A stretch of DNA of 64,000 nucleotides, from contig CAINLT010000006.1 in NCBI GenBank assembly GCA_903850505.1, positions 15,536 through 79,535 on the forward strand, read 5' to 3'. Positions within the stretch are counted from its first letter, which is position 1; every line of letters starts with the position of its first letter. Below the pieces are notes generated by a model. The model saw nothing but the letters and a program-made list of their open reading frames with translations. It searched no databases and was not told where the DNA came from. Source of the DNA: an uncultured Myxococcales bacterium (GTDB taxonomy: Bacteria; Myxococcota_A; UBA9042). The translations under genes were made by a program, and so were the position numbers. Of this stretch, positions 1 to 16,800 are shown piece after piece.

Positions 1-4970
<4,970 letters not shown>

Positions 4971-4972
4971 CC

Positions 4973-5911
4973 CTACTTCCGCCCGTCGACAAGCGACTTC
5001 AGGAAATGCTCGCCCGCCCGGTAGCTCGACCGCACCAGCGGCCCTGACGCGCAATACAGAAAACCCAGCTCCAAGGCGCGCGCCTCCCAGCGCTGAAACG
5101 CCTCGGGCGTGATGTAGCTCAGCACTTCAAGGTGCCACGGCGACGGCCGCAGGTACTGCCCCAGCGTCACCGCGTCGCAGTCGTGCGCCCGCAGATCCCG
5201 CAACGCCTGGTCGATTTCCTCGTCGGTCTCTGACAAGCCCAGCATGATCGACGATTTCGTCACGACTTGCGGCCGATGCTGCTTGGCGAACTTCAGCACG
5301 TCCAGGCTCTGCTGGTACGACGCGCGGCGATCGCGCACGGACGGCGTCAGGCGCGCGACCGTCTCCACGTTGTGGGCGAACACGTCCGGCGCGCCGTCCA
5401 GCACCGCGGCGATCTGCTCCGGCTTGCCCTGAAAATCCGGGGTCAGCACTTCCACAAGCGTGTGCGGACTCGCCGCCTTGATCGCCTGGATGGTCGCGGC
5501 AAAGTGCGCCGCGCCGCCATCGGGCAGATCGTCGCGGTTCACGCTCGTCAGCACCACGTAGTCCAGCGCCATGAGCTGCACTTGCTCAGCGGACTTGCGC
5601 GGCTCGTCGGCATCCAGCTCCGGCGGCTTGGGATTGTTCTTCACCGCGCAGAAACGGCAAGCCCGCGTGCACGCCTCGCCCATCAGCATCAGCGTCGCCG
5701 TACCGGCGTTCCAGCACTCGCCGATGTTGGGGCACTGCGCTTCCTCGCAGACCGTGTGCAACTTGCGGGTGCGGAGACGATTCTTGATGTCGGCGTAGCG
5801 TTCACCGCCCGGCAACGGCGCTTTCAGCCAAGGTGGGAGGCGCGGACGTTCCACGCCGCGTTCGCGGTCGCGCTCGCGCAGGAGCGAGGTCTTTTCTGGA
5901 GAAATGCGCAC
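4973..5911 (-). CDS. lipA: Lipoyl synthase (radical SAM)
   Basis: Carries the two LipA cysteine clusters CPNIGECW and CTRACRFCAV, and the remaining sequence also reads as LipA-like. The track ORF runs to 6010, but that would overlap the upstream gene end (5940). An in-frame GTG at 5911 gives 312 aa. The start is uncertain. Confidence 0.9.
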   Translation of the reverse strand: MRISPEKTSLLRERDRERGVERPRLPPWLKAPLPGGERYADIKNRLRTRKLHTVCEEAQCPNIGECWNAGTATLMLMGEACTRACRFCAVKNNPKPPELDADEPRKSAEQVQLMALDYVVLTSVNRDDLPDGGAAHFAATIQAIKAASPHTLVEVLTPDFQGKPEQIAAVLDGAPDVFAHNVETVARLTPSVRDRRASYQQSLDVLKFAKQHRPQVVTKSSIMLGLSETDEEIDQALRDLRAHDCDAVTLGQYLRPSPWHLEVLSYITPEAFQRWEARALELGFLYCASGPLVRSSYRAGEHFLKSLVDGRK

Positions 5912-5939
5912 AGGCGGACTCCGCGCAACCCGGGGCGGG

Positions 5940-7730
5940 CTACGGTTTGCAGGCGGCTTGATTGGCGGCCGCTGAGAAAGGCGCCGAGACGATCTGCGCA
6001 GCGGCGTCAAAGGCGTCCGTCGCGGACGCTGGCAGGGACACGACGGTCGCGAGGCCGCCCGTCAGCACCGCGCCAACCGGCAACGCCACGGCGATCTGGC
6101 CAAAATGTGGCCCCATGGGCGAAAGCCCGTCGATCTTCACGGCCGTCATCGCGACCTGGGCTGGCGTCAAATCGGCGGGCGGCGCGAGCAGGACAAAGCC
6201 GCTGACGAGGCACCCTGTCTTGGTCTGGTCATCGGTCTGGCACTGGCTCTGTGGATCGGCGCTCGACGCCAGCTTGCCGAGGCCAAGCAGGCCACCAGAG
6301 ACGAGGATGTAACCGCCGTCCAGACGCGTCGCCGCGACGCCGATGCCGCCCGGAAGGACGGTGTCCGCGGGCAGCGCGACTTTCTTGCAGACCGCGGTCC
6401 TGGCCACGCGATCGACGATGACGATGTAGCTGGGTGTGCCCGTTGCCCAGCCGGCGTCAACGGGAATGCCGCCGGTGATGAAGAATGTCAGGACGTCGCC
6501 CTGCTCGCTCAACACAACCGCGGCTGCGCCCATCGCCTGCGCGTTCGGGTCGGTCAAGATGGCGTCGCCCGTGACGGTGAGGAGCGCGCCGGCTTTGCCA
6601 TCCTTGTCGATGAGCTCGCCAAAATCCGCTGCCTTGGCGGAGACCTGACCGCCCCAGACAACGACGGCGCCATCGGCGTAGGCCAGCACGTTGGGCTGAA
6701 CCCGCGCCGCGGCGAGCGTGAGTGCGTCGGTGGTCCCAGCACCAAGGTTGGCGATCTCGGCGAGCCCCCGCACGCGCGCGCCCGTCGCGAGCGCCTTGTT
6801 GTCTTCTCCCAGACCGCCGGCAAAGACGACGGTGTCACCGGCAACCGTCGCGCTGGCAAAAGGCCGCACGCCCGAACCGATGTTGGCCACTGCCGCGGCC
6901 GACTTCGCGCCTTCCGTTTGCACGTCCAGGACTTCCGCAGCGGGGGCGACAAGCGCCGCCGACGACAGGTCATCGGGCGCAAAAAGGGTAATGGGCAGCG
7001 TATTGTTGGTCTTCTGCAAGCGCGCGCTGCCACCTGCCACAAGCACGTGAGTCGCGTCCAGAGGCAGGACTTGCGGCCAGATGCGCGCGGCCAGCAGCGT
7101 CGGTCCGGCGCGCCACGTGCCCAGCTTGTAGTCGTAGATGTCCGTCGCAACGGACGCCTTGGCCAACGTTCCATCCCACTTGTCCGCACCACCGACCGCG
7201 ATCGCGTTCCCGGTCGTCAGCGCCGCGCCGCCGGCAAAAGCCCGCGGCGTCTGTAGCGTCCCGCCCGCGCCCGCGTTGCCCGCGCACGCCAGCTTGCCCG
7301 GCGGCGTCATGAACACGCGCGCGGTGGTATCCTCGCCCTGCTTGACGACGAAATCGCTGCCCTTGCCGTACCAGACCACGCGGTTGTCGGCGGTGCACGC
7401 GTAGACCTGCAGTTGCAGCTGCTGGGAAACTGGCAGGACGCCGACGTTCCACGTGCCATTGCTCGCAACTTCCTTGGCAGTGATGCTCGCCGTCGCCGAC
7501 TTGCCCGTGTCGAGTTCGGTCCAGCGCAACGTCAAGCGATCGACCGCGTCCGCGCCTGCCGCCGGTGGTGTGCCCGTGCCATTCCAGGTCGCTGAACAGG
7601 CCTGCGTGCCTTCCAACGCGGCAAACGCAATCGCCACGCCGCCCGCCGCCGGAGCCGACGCATTGGCGGTACAGCCCAGCGCAATCGCCGGCAGAATCAG
7701 CCATTTTGCCCGATGCCACACTGTTGCCAC
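5940..7730 (-). CDS. Putative lipoprotein, beta-propeller-like (possibly Kelch-like) secreted protein
   Basis: Lipoprotein-type signal ...HRAKWLILPAIALGC. Gly/Ala-rich repeated blades (..VAGG.., ..VWGG.., ..ITGG..). I place the start at a GTG (7730 or 7721) instead of the track start 7817. Confidence 0.6.
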   Translation of the reverse strand: MATVWHRAKWLILPAIALGCTANASAPAAGGVAIAFAALEGTQACSATWNGTGTPPAAGADAVDRLTLRWTELDTGKSATASITAKEVASNGTWNVGVLPVSQQLQLQVYACTADNRVVWYGKGSDFVVKQGEDTTARVFMTPPGKLACAGNAGAGGTLQTPRAFAGGAALTTGNAIAVGGADKWDGTLAKASVATDIYDYKLGTWRAGPTLLAARIWPQVLPLDATHVLVAGGSARLQKTNNTLPITLFAPDDLSSAALVAPAAEVLDVQTEGAKSAAAVANIGSGVRPFASATVAGDTVVFAGGLGEDNKALATGARVRGLAEIANLGAGTTDALTLAAARVQPNVLAYADGAVVVWGGQVSAKAADFGELIDKDGKAGALLTVTGDAILTDPNAQAMGAAAVVLSEQGDVLTFFITGGIPVDAGWATGTPSYIVIVDRVARTAVCKKVALPADTVLPGGIGVAATRLDGGYILVSGGLLGLGKLASSADPQSQCQTDDQTKTGCLVSGFVLLAPPADLTPAQVAMTAVKIDGLSPMGPHFGQIAVALPVGAVLTGGLATVVSLPASATDAFDAAAQIVSAPFSAAANQAACKP

Positions 7731-7893
7731 GCGTTGCCCCTGCGATCCGCCCAAGCGCGGACGGCGTGGTTGTAACGCCGCTGGCAGCAAGCTGCAAATG
7801 GCGCTTTGGGAATGCACTGTGCATCTGCTGTGCTATGCTTCCAAGCGCCTGAAACCGGGCACGCCTCACTTATCCCCTCTGCGCGGGTCGTTC

Positions 7894-9663
7894 ATGCCGT
7901 TGCTCTACGCGCTTCTCATGCTTGTGCCGCTCGTGCTGTTCCACGAGTTCGGCCACTTCGTCGTCGCCCGCTGGATGGGTGTGCGCGTCTTGTCGTTCTC
8001 CATCGGCTTTGGCCCGGTGGTGCTGGAATGGCAGCGCAATGGGACGCAGTACGCCATTCGCGCGCTGCCCCTGGGCGGTTACGTGCGGATGCTGGGCGAT
8101 GATCCGTCCGCGCCGGCCGATCCTGAGTTGGCCAACGAGCCCGATGCGTTCACTTCCAAGCCGGTGTGGCGACGGACGCTGATCGTCGCCGCGGGGCCGA
8201 TTTTCAACTTCATCCTGCCGCTGTTCGTGCTCTTCGGCAGCGCGTTGGCGTTCCGGCAGCAGGTCGTGCCATCCGTCGTTGGCGCAGTGGTTCCCGGCGG
8301 TCCAGCGGCGATCGCGGGCCTGCGCACGGGCGACCAGATTCGCGCGATCGATGGCGAGCCCGTGGCGACGTTTGATGAGCTGGTTGACGCGGTCTCCGCG
8401 CGCCCGGGGAAGCTGACGAAGTTTTCGATTGAGCGCGCCGGCCAGCCGCGGGATATCCTCGTCACGCCGATTCGCCAGCGACAGATGATTCCGGAGCTGG
8501 GCATGGTCCGCTACGTCGGGCGTATCCAGGTCCTGGCGCAGCCGGAAGCGTCCGTGGTGTCCGTGCAGCCCGGCTCGGCGGCGTGGCAAGCGGGCGTGCA
8601 AAGTGGCGATCGCGTGCGCGCCGTGGAAGTGAACAGCAAGGTGACGCCGGTGGAGCGGTTTTACGAACTGGAAGATCGCCTGCGTCTCGCGCTCCAGCAG
8701 CACGCGCCCGTGACGCTGCACATTTCGCACCTGCGTTGGCAGACGGAAGTCAGCGGCGACACGCTGGAAAAGGCCGTCGAACACCCACACAACGACGCGA
8801 CCGTGCGCATCGCGGTTGCCCCGGGTCAGGCGGTCGACATGGCCGCGCTTGGTTTGCTGCCGCCGGGCGCGATTGTCGGTTCGCTGGAGAAAGCGACGCC
8901 GGCCGTGACGGAGGCGCACCTGCAGCCGGGCGACGAATTGCTGACGCTGGACGGCAAGCCGCTGACGTCCCTGATGCAACTCTACGACGAGCTGCGCCGG
9001 CCGTTCGACGACGTGCGCGGCAAGAAGGAGAACCAGGGCCGCGCGCCTGAGGAGATTCTGGCGCAGGCCAAGCTGGTGCTGAAGCCGCATCTTCTGCACT
9101 TGCGCCGCCGGGTCGCGCAGCCGCAGCCGGGTCAGGCGGATTTTGTCGAACTGGACACGCCGCTGACCTTGGGGATCGCGCTGTCGGCTGAGCACCGGCC
9201 GCATGCGCAAATCGGCATCGGACCGGCGACGGACTACACCGTCGCGCCGCTCATCGCCAATCCGCGGCCGATCGCGTCGGCGCTGACGTGGACCGGCGAG
9301 AAATTCGTCGAGGGCGCGGAGATGGTGTTCCGCACGCTCGCCGGGCTGTTCAAGGGCGATGTGCCGGTGCGCGAGGTCGGCGGACCGCTGTTCATCGCGC
9401 AGATCGCCAACAAAAGCGCGGAATTGGGCGCGGAAACATTTCTGGTGACGATGGCCGGGCTGTCGATCAATCTGGGCATCGTCAACCTGCTGCCGATTCC
9501 GCTGGTCGATGGCGGCCACCTGCTGTTCCTGCTGATTGAGGCGATTCGCCGTGGGCCGGTGCGCTTGCGGACCCGGCAAATCGCCGCGTACGTCGGCATG
9601 ACGTTCCTGGGGCTGCTGTTTCTCGTCGTGATGAAGAACGACATTGAACGGCTGATCCGCTGA
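7894..9663 (+). CDS. rseP: RIP (site-2) zinc metalloprotease RseP with PDZ domains
   Basis: An ATG at 7894 gives MPLLYALLMLVPLVLFHEFGHF, containing the HExxH motif. The C-terminal NLLPIPLVDGGHLLF motif is present. PDZ-like GLRTGDQIRAIDG and LQPGDELLTLDG are present. The track ORF start at 7453 is an upstream over-extension. Confidence 0.9.
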   Translation: MPLLYALLMLVPLVLFHEFGHFVVARWMGVRVLSFSIGFGPVVLEWQRNGTQYAIRALPLGGYVRMLGDDPSAPADPELANEPDAFTSKPVWRRTLIVAAGPIFNFILPLFVLFGSALAFRQQVVPSVVGAVVPGGPAAIAGLRTGDQIRAIDGEPVATFDELVDAVSARPGKLTKFSIERAGQPRDILVTPIRQRQMIPELGMVRYVGRIQVLAQPEASVVSVQPGSAAWQAGVQSGDRVRAVEVNSKVTPVERFYELEDRLRLALQQHAPVTLHISHLRWQTEVSGDTLEKAVEHPHNDATVRIAVAPGQAVDMAALGLLPPGAIVGSLEKATPAVTEAHLQPGDELLTLDGKPLTSLMQLYDELRRPFDDVRGKKENQGRAPEEILAQAKLVLKPHLLHLRRRVAQPQPGQADFVELDTPLTLGIALSAEHRPHAQIGIGPATDYTVAPLIANPRPIASALTWTGEKFVEGAEMVFRTLAGLFKGDVPVREVGGPLFIAQIANKSAELGAETFLVTMAGLSINLGIVNLLPIPLVDGGHLLFLLIEAIRRGPVRLRTRQIAAYVGMTFLGLLFLVVMKNDIERLIR

Positions 9664-9666
9664 CGC

Positions 9667-10383
9667 ATGAACCTCATCGCGCTCACGACTTCGACGTCAC
9701 AGTGGTCCGTTTGGCTGCACCGCCAGGATGGCTGGCAACGCGCCGCGCATGCGGACGCGGGTCGCGGAACGGGCCAGCGCGCAAGCCTGACGCGGATGGT
9801 GTGGCAGCTGCTCGCGGAGGCGGACCTCCAGCCGTCGGACCTGCAGCGGGTGGTGTGCGACATTGGCCCCGGGAGCTTTACCGGGCTGCGCCAAGGACTC
9901 GCGCTGGCACGGGCGCTGGCGTGGGCAAATGCGATTCCGACTCACGGGGTGGGCTCGCTGCAATCGATGGCGTGGGCGGTCCAAGCGCAGCTCGCGACTG
10001 GCCAAACGTGCGCGGTGGCGCTGCCGGCGCGCGCGGACGTCGATTTCGTCGGCATCGGCGACGGCGCAACATTCACCGAGCGCGCATTGACGCAGCAGGA
10101 CGCGCTGGCGTGGTGGCAGGAAATTCGCCCTGACGTGCTCGCGATTCCCGCCGCCGATCTGGGACGCTCGTTGGCCAAAATGGCGCTGGCGCAGGGCGCG
10201 CAATGGCTGGAATTGCACCCGGAAGCCGAGGCAATGGGCCGCTGGAGCCTCGCACAGCCGGAGGCCGCATCGACGTTGGCGCCGCGCTATCTCGCTGTCT
10301 CTGAAGCGGAAAACCACGCAGGCGTGGCAGTGCCGGAAATCATGGTCGCGTCCGTTGACCGCAGTGGTGGCGGCGCCATCTAA
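9667..10383 (+). CDS. tsaB: tRNA threonylcarbamoyladenosine (t6A) biosynthesis protein TsaB
   Basis: IGPGSFTGLRQGLALARALA motif, about 238 aa. ATG lies 3 nt after the rseP stop. Confidence 0.8.
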   Translation: MNLIALTTSTSQWSVWLHRQDGWQRAAHADAGRGTGQRASLTRMVWQLLAEADLQPSDLQRVVCDIGPGSFTGLRQGLALARALAWANAIPTHGVGSLQSMAWAVQAQLATGQTCAVALPARADVDFVGIGDGATFTERALTQQDALAWWQEIRPDVLAIPAADLGRSLAKMALAQGAQWLELHPEAEAMGRWSLAQPEAASTLAPRYLAVSEAENHAGVAVPEIMVASVDRSGGGAI

Positions 10384-10393
10384 GCAACCTACC

Positions 10394-10422
10394 TTGTCAG
10401 CCGTTCGGCTGATCGGCACAAT
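10394..10422 (+). promoter_or_regulatory. Candidate sigma70-like promoter upstream of the pqqD-like gene
   Basis: TTGTCA (10394-10399), a 17-nt spacer, then CACAAT (10417-10422), in the 110-150 nt gap after tsaB. Sequence pattern only. Confidence 0.25.
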
Positions 10423-10492
10423 GAAGGCGGATGGGTGTCCGCTGAGTGCGCAACCTTTTTGCATCTCGCAGCAACAAAAGTTCAGGTGACCC

Positions 10493-10894
10493 GTGAGCCA
10501 CGCGGGACAACGGTCACTGAGCCACCCAAGGATGCACGGTACGATGACGGCAACCACTCAACTTCGCTACCGTTTGCACCCGCAAGCCGCCCACCGCAAG
10601 GTCGCTGGCGAAGTGTTCGTGGTCACGGGCGATCGGGCCTTTCATCGCATGCAAACCACCACGGCCATCGCACTTTTTGACGCGCTCGGGCAAGCCGAAG
10701 CGGGTGCAAGCCCTGGCGAGCTCGTGGCGGCGCTGTGCCAACAATTCGATGTGACGAAAGCGACGGCGGAAAACGACGTTGCGGATTTTATTGCTACGCT
10801 CGTGACGCGCCAATTGGCCGTGCCGGTCGATGCGCCGCGCACCGCAGCCGATCTTCCATCACCTGCCGACCCCCAAGCAGAGGTGACTCCATGA
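10493..10894 (+). CDS. PqqD-family peptide-binding protein (RiPP recognition element type)
   Basis: YRLHPQAAHRKVAGEVFVV...TTTAIALFDAL...SPGELVAALCQQFDV..A.NDVADFIATLVTRQL follows the PqqD pattern: strands, then a helical wing with D-V-x-x-F-[LI]-x-x-L. The true start may be ATG 10532 or 10544. The stop TGA 10892-10894 overlaps the next ATG (ATGA). Confidence 0.7.
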   Translation: MSHAGQRSLSHPRMHGTMTATTQLRYRLHPQAAHRKVAGEVFVVTGDRAFHRMQTTTAIALFDALGQAEAGASPGELVAALCQQFDVTKATAENDVADFIATLVTRQLAVPVDAPRTAADLPSPADPQAEVTP

Positions 10895-13800
10895 ATTCCA
10901 GCGACCTACGCACCCGGTTCACGCCTCTCGCCCGCCAGCCCATGGTCTGGTTCAGCCTGCTTTGCGCCGCAACCGCGCTGACCGCGTGCGCACCGGACAC
11001 GCCCGCGCCGCACCCCGCGTGCATTTGGGAGGACGGCTGCCCGTCGGCGGACGCGGAGGGCGACGGCCAAGTCGGCGATTCGTCTGACGTCACGACGACC
11101 GTCACGCGAACGCTGGTCTTTTCCATTGATACCGCCATCGGTCCCGTGCTGACCGGCGACGTTTCCATCGCGACAATTGGCCCGAATGCGGACAAGGATC
11201 CGGCGACAGTCGGCGTGCAAGTCGACGTTTCGGTGACGACCGGCAACGTGCCCGACGGCGCGGCGCTGGAAGTGCTGCTGGACGGCGTCAAAGTGGGATC
11301 GCCGCAGGTCGTGCTCAACAACGCCGGCCGGATCAACGGCATCACGTTGACGTGCACGGCGACCAACGCGCCGCACTCGATTTCCGTGCGCGCCATCGTC
11401 AACGCCGCCAAGGGCGACGCGGCCGTGAGCAAAGACAAGAGCCTGCTGGTCAAGTGCGCGCAGGCGTGCACCGCAACGGTCGATCCGCTCTCGCAGTCTT
11501 GCCTGACGCAGGACCAGGATCCGCAGACGCCGGGGTTCCAGCAGAGTTTCATCGTGCACAGCGACCAGCCGGATTGCACGGATGCGTACCTGCTCGTGGT
11601 GGGCCCGCCGGGAACGCCGACCGAGACGGTGCATGTGGCGCTGAACGGTTCGACGTCTGTGCCGGTGATGGCGACGCTCGCGGTCGATGAAGCCGGGCTC
11701 ATCGGCGTGACCGCGACGGTGATCGGCGTGGTTGAAGATACCAACAATCCGGATCGCCAGTCCGTGCCGTCCGCGCCAGTGAGCGCGGTCATCACGACGG
11801 AAGCGCCGACGATCGTGCTGATGCAGCCGGCTTCGGGCCAGATCAAGCTGAGCGACGACACGGATCCGGCGACGCCGGGCATCCAGATTACCCTGATCGG
11901 CATGGCGACGGCGCTGACGTCTGCCGACAAGAACGCGATCGAGCTGTATGTGGACGGTACGCTGACGACGAAGACGACGCAGCAGATCGACGGGCAGTTT
12001 GTCATTCCGCTGAGTTTCACGACGACGGGAACGCACGCGCTGCTGGTGAAAGCGACCAACGGTTGCGGGCTGAGCGGCCAGAAGTCGAAATCGCTGGCGG
12101 TGTTCGTCGACAAGGCGGGACTCGCGATCCTCGCGCCGACGCAGGATGTCGTGCTTCACGTGGCGGACGACCTGGACAAGACGACGGCCGATATCCTCGA
12201 CACGACGCTCTCGGTCGCTGTGACGACCGAGACCGCGGGCACCGATCTGGAGGTCTACTGCAAGCCCAAGATCGCCAAGGCCTACCCGACGACGCCGACT
12301 GCGACCGTGCTCTACAGCGACGCCTCGCTGCAGACGGTCGATATCCCGCTGTCGCTGTCGGTCAGCCAGCTGGGTCAGGAAATTGAGTGCCGCGTGCAGG
12401 ACAACTCGCCCAACCAGACGGTGAGCGCGCCGGTGGGCTTTGTCGCCGCGTTGCCGCCGCCGTGCCTGCATGTGATTACGCCCGCTGCAGCGGTGACGGT
12501 GACGACCGCTGGCGTGGAATTCCTGCTGGCGACTTCCGGCTTGGACGGCCAAATCGTGCAGGGCTACCTGATCACGCCGAGCGGCGTGCCGCTGGATGCC
12601 GTGGATCTGGGCACGCCGGTGACCAACGGTCTCGCGGGCACGTTCCCGCTGCTGGACGGCGGCGTGCAGGTTCCGGACGGCACGTACACGCTGTCGTTCC
12701 AGGCGATGGACAAATGGGGCAATTTTGCCGGTCAATCGCTGTGCTCGGACGTCACGCGGACGGTGACCATCGACACGACGCCGCCGACGCTGGTGATTAC
12801 GCTCCCGGTCAAGGCGACGCTGACGACGCTGGACGATCCGGACAGCGATCCCGCGAAGCCGGGCTACCAGATCGACGTAGAAGTGACGATTACCGACGCC
12901 CATGTGGTGTGCCTGAACGTCGACGGCGTCCTGTTCGCGTGCAATGCCAACGTGCCGGAAGGCGCGGGCGTCGTCGTGTTCCACGATGTGACGCTGCAGC
13001 CGGGGCTGACGGCGCTGTCCGTGTACGGCTCGGACATCAACGGCAACACTTCCGCGCCGGCGCCGACGCTCGTGACGCTGATCTCTGACGTGCCGATCGT
13101 GAAGTTTATCTCGCCGGTCGGGTCACTGAAGGTCGCCAGCGACAGCGTAACGTTCACCGTCAGCGTGACCAGCCCGACCGACGGCTTGCCCGTGACGGCG
13201 GCGACGCTGGAAATCCTGCAGAACAGCGTGGCCATGCCGGTGACGCCGACGGAAACCGCGCCCGGCGTGTACACCTTCACGTTGAGCGGCTTCTCGTCGG
13301 GCGTGACGACCGTGCAAGTGGGCGCCTTCGTGCCCGCGCTACCTGACAAGAAAGGCTATTCGGGCGAAATTACGGTCACGTTCAAGGGCGACTTGCCGAC
13401 GGCGACGATCAGTTCGCCGACCGAAGGCCTTGTGTTCAACGCCAGCAACCTGACCTGCGCGCTGGGTCAGGCGGACTGCGTGTTGCCGGTCGCCGCGACG
13501 TTCACCAACGTCGAAGACGGCAGCGCGGTCGAACTGACCGTGACGTGCGGCGGCAGCGTCAGCAAGACCACCGGCACCGTTCAGGGCGGCAACGCCAAGC
13601 TGGCCAACGTCAAGCTGCTGGACCAGAACGCCTGCGAGCTGTCGCTTGCGGTCACGGACGCTGCGGGCCAGACCGCGGTCTCGGCGGTCATCCACGTCAC
13701 GGTGGATCGCATCGCACCGGCATTTGGCGAGCTCAAGTCGCCGACCCCGTACGGCGGCCTGACGCTGCTGGCGATCAACGATCTGGACGCCGATCCGACC

Positions 13801-16800
13801 AATGGCATGCAGGTGAACTGGGTCCAACAAATCGCTGGCGTGCCGGCGGGTGCGACGGTGACGTGCGATGTGACGGACGATCTGGGCAAGTCCGCGCCCG
13901 GCTTCTCGACGAACGTGGCGACGACGACGTCCGACGCGGTGTTCGAGTCGGTCAGTTTCGGCGCCATCACCCTGCCCAACGGCTACAACATCAAGATCGT
14001 CTGCACAGTGAAGGATCTCGCGGGCAATCAGACCCAGAAGACGCTGCTTGCGCAGGTCCTCGCCGACTTGCCGCAGGTCATCATGAGCACGCCGTACCCG
14101 AACGCCGATCCGTGCGCGGGCAATGGCGATTGCTCGTTTGGCGGTTTCTGCTACCAAAAGATCTGCACCGCGCCGTGGAACAAGACGAGCGACCGCAAGC
14201 TCGCGTTCACGACCACCGGCCTGCCCGACGGCGCGGCTGCGCGGCTCTGCACCAACACGCCTGGCGTGACCGGCACCGCGTGCGCGACCGCCGGCTACGT
14301 GTCAATCGGCAGCATCACCGTCCAGAAATCCGCGGCGACGTTTGACCTCAGCAATCTCGCGGACGGCAGCTACCACGTCATGGTGGAAGTCTTCTTCGCC
14401 GCCAAGACCACTTGGGTCACGTCGCTCGACAGCGGCTTCCTCAAAGGTCGCGAACGCGCGCTGCTCATCGACACCGTGCCGCCGCAAGTCGCCAGCGTGA
14501 CCGGTCCGAGCGCGCCGGGTGTGCCCGCCGCTTGCCTCGCCGCCGCTTCGCAATCCGTGGCCGATGGCCAGCAGCCCGGCGGCAAGTTCCAGTTCCAGAT
14601 CGCGATGGCCAACGAGGACGCGACCGTGTCATTGCTCGTCAACAACGTCTCGGCCGGGTCACTGACGACCGTGGGCAAGAGCGGCGCGCTGGCCGTCACG
14701 ATCGCGACGGAAGGGACGGCGACGTTTGAAACTGTGGCTGTCGATCTGGTCGGCAACGTCAGCGACATCCAGCAGTTGCCTTCGCTGTTCGTCGACACGA
14801 TCGCGCCCAATGGCGATTTTTCGACGCCGGCCAAGTCGCCGCTGATCGTGGGCGACAACCGCGACGTTGCCGTGGTCAGCGTCAATGACGACGTCGAAAA
14901 CGAGCCGGTCACGGTCAAGGACCTCGGCCTCGTCAAGGCGGCGCAGAACTTCATCGCCGGCACCGCGCTGTTCCCGGACGCGACTTTCGGCCTGCTGTCC
15001 GAAGGCTCGCATACGCTGACGGCGGATCTGCGCGATCACTGCGCCAATACCTCTACGATCGGGTCGACGCCCGCCGTGGTCGTTGTCGACACGCAGCCGC
15101 CGACGCTGGCGATCACTGCGCCGTCGGAGGGCTCGCTGTTCACGGACAACGATGATGCGGCGCCGGCGCAGAGCGGCTATCAGGTCGCGCTGACGTTCTC
15201 GACGACCGGCGCGGCGACGTGGACGCTGGAGCTTGGCACGGACTGCGATTCGGGTTCCCTGAATTGCCCGAGCTACCAGCCGGCCGGGACGGGCACAATC
15301 GCCAATCCGGGTGGCCTGGAAGCTCCGGTGCTGGTGACGGTGCCGTTTGGCAACACCGTGCACTACAAGTTCCGGCTGACGGCCGTGGACAGCGCCGGCA
15401 ACAAGACGCTCGCGACGCGCGGCTTTGACGTGCTGCTGTCGGGCTGCCTCGTCAAGCTCACCGGCTTGCCGAGCAATGGCATGCTGAACACCCAAAAATG
15501 CGCGACGCCGGGGCAGAATTGCGCCAGCGTGGTCGTTCCCTTGACTGCCTCCTACGTCGGTCCGTGCGGCGCGGCGACGGCGATCAAGCTGATGAAGGGC
15601 GGACTGGAAGTTGCCACCGTCACGCCGTCAGCGCAGGCCGCGGCGTTTGACGTGACGATCGTCGATGGCGACAGCACGGACTTGGAAGCCGTGGTGTTCG
15701 AGGGGCTCAATGCCAAGGGTTCGTCGGGCAAGCTCGGTATCGCCGCTGACCTGACCAATCCGACCGTCAGCTTTGCCGCCGCGACCGTGCTCGGTTCGCC
15801 GACCGTGTCCGGTACGAGCGCGCTGCAAGGCAAGGACCAGGACTTGAACGCCGGCACGCCGGATCACCAGGTTCACATGCAATTGGCGCTGGCGGATGCG
15901 CATTTGAACGGCGGCAAGCTCACGGCGCTCGACCGCACGGTCAATGGCGCCACGGCGCCGCTCAGCAATGCGTCGGTGACGCCGCCGGTCGCGCTGACGG
16001 GTGCGGCGCAGTCGCTCGATGTCCAGTATGCCTCGCTGCTGGCCGATCAGGTCAACACGGTGAAGGCGACGGTGCAGGACAGCTTCGGCAACACCGGATC
16101 GGCGACCCTCGTCGTGACGGTGGACTGGCTGGCGCCCGCGGCGATTACGCTCGATGCGCTGGTGCCCGCGAACCTGAATCCGCGCCGCCCGTCGGCCAAG
16201 CTGACGTTCCAGGCGGTCGGCGACAATGGCGTGACCGGCACCGCGACGAGCTATCAGGTGCGGTATGCCAAAAAGGCGTTCACGACGCAGGCTGAGTTTG
16301 ACGCTGCGTGCGATCCGAGCCAGATCGCGGGCTTCACGGCCGTCATCCCGGCCGCGTCGGGTACATCGGACAGCGTGACGATCTCCGGCCCCGACGGCCG
16401 CAATCCCACCAACCTGTGCAAGTTCACGCCGCTCACGGACAACGGCATCTCGTCGTATTACTTCGCCATCGTCGCCGTCGACGCGGCGGGCAATAAAGGC
16501 CCGATGTCCAACGTCGTGTCGACCGACAAATTGCGGCTGAACTACCAGCGCATTACCAACAGCGGCGGCACGGGCTCGACATACGACCAACTGGCCTACC
16601 GCGCCCGCGTCTTTGGCCTGGGCGACCTGAACGGCGACGGCTTTGCCGATGTCGGCTTGGGCGGCGGCGCCACCACGCCGTTCTGCATCCTGTATGGCCG
16701 CGCGGGCAACGCGGACATCGACCTCGCGACCGAACCGGCGACGACGCTGCAGTGCCTGCCCAACGCGGGCGGCCTGGGCGGCGTGGTCGGCGGTCCCGCA

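Noticed and set aside
7453-7893. Upstream extensions of track ORFs, for example rseP from 7453, the giant lipoprotein from 10735, the kinase-like gene from 18224, ppk from 28567 and SPFH from 37465.
   Set aside because: The track opens ORFs at the first ATG/GTG/TTG after a stop. Signal peptides, SD sequences, homolog-like N-termini and overlap with neighbouring genes indicate the internal starts listed in the features.
10421-10489. 22-aa ORF MKADGCPLSAQPFCISQQQKFR upstream of the pqqD-like gene, considered as a second Cys-containing precursor.
   Set aside because: No SD. Only moderate third-position G/C. It overlaps the putative -10 element and has no leader-like motif. I treat it as non-coding unless it proves conserved in relatives.
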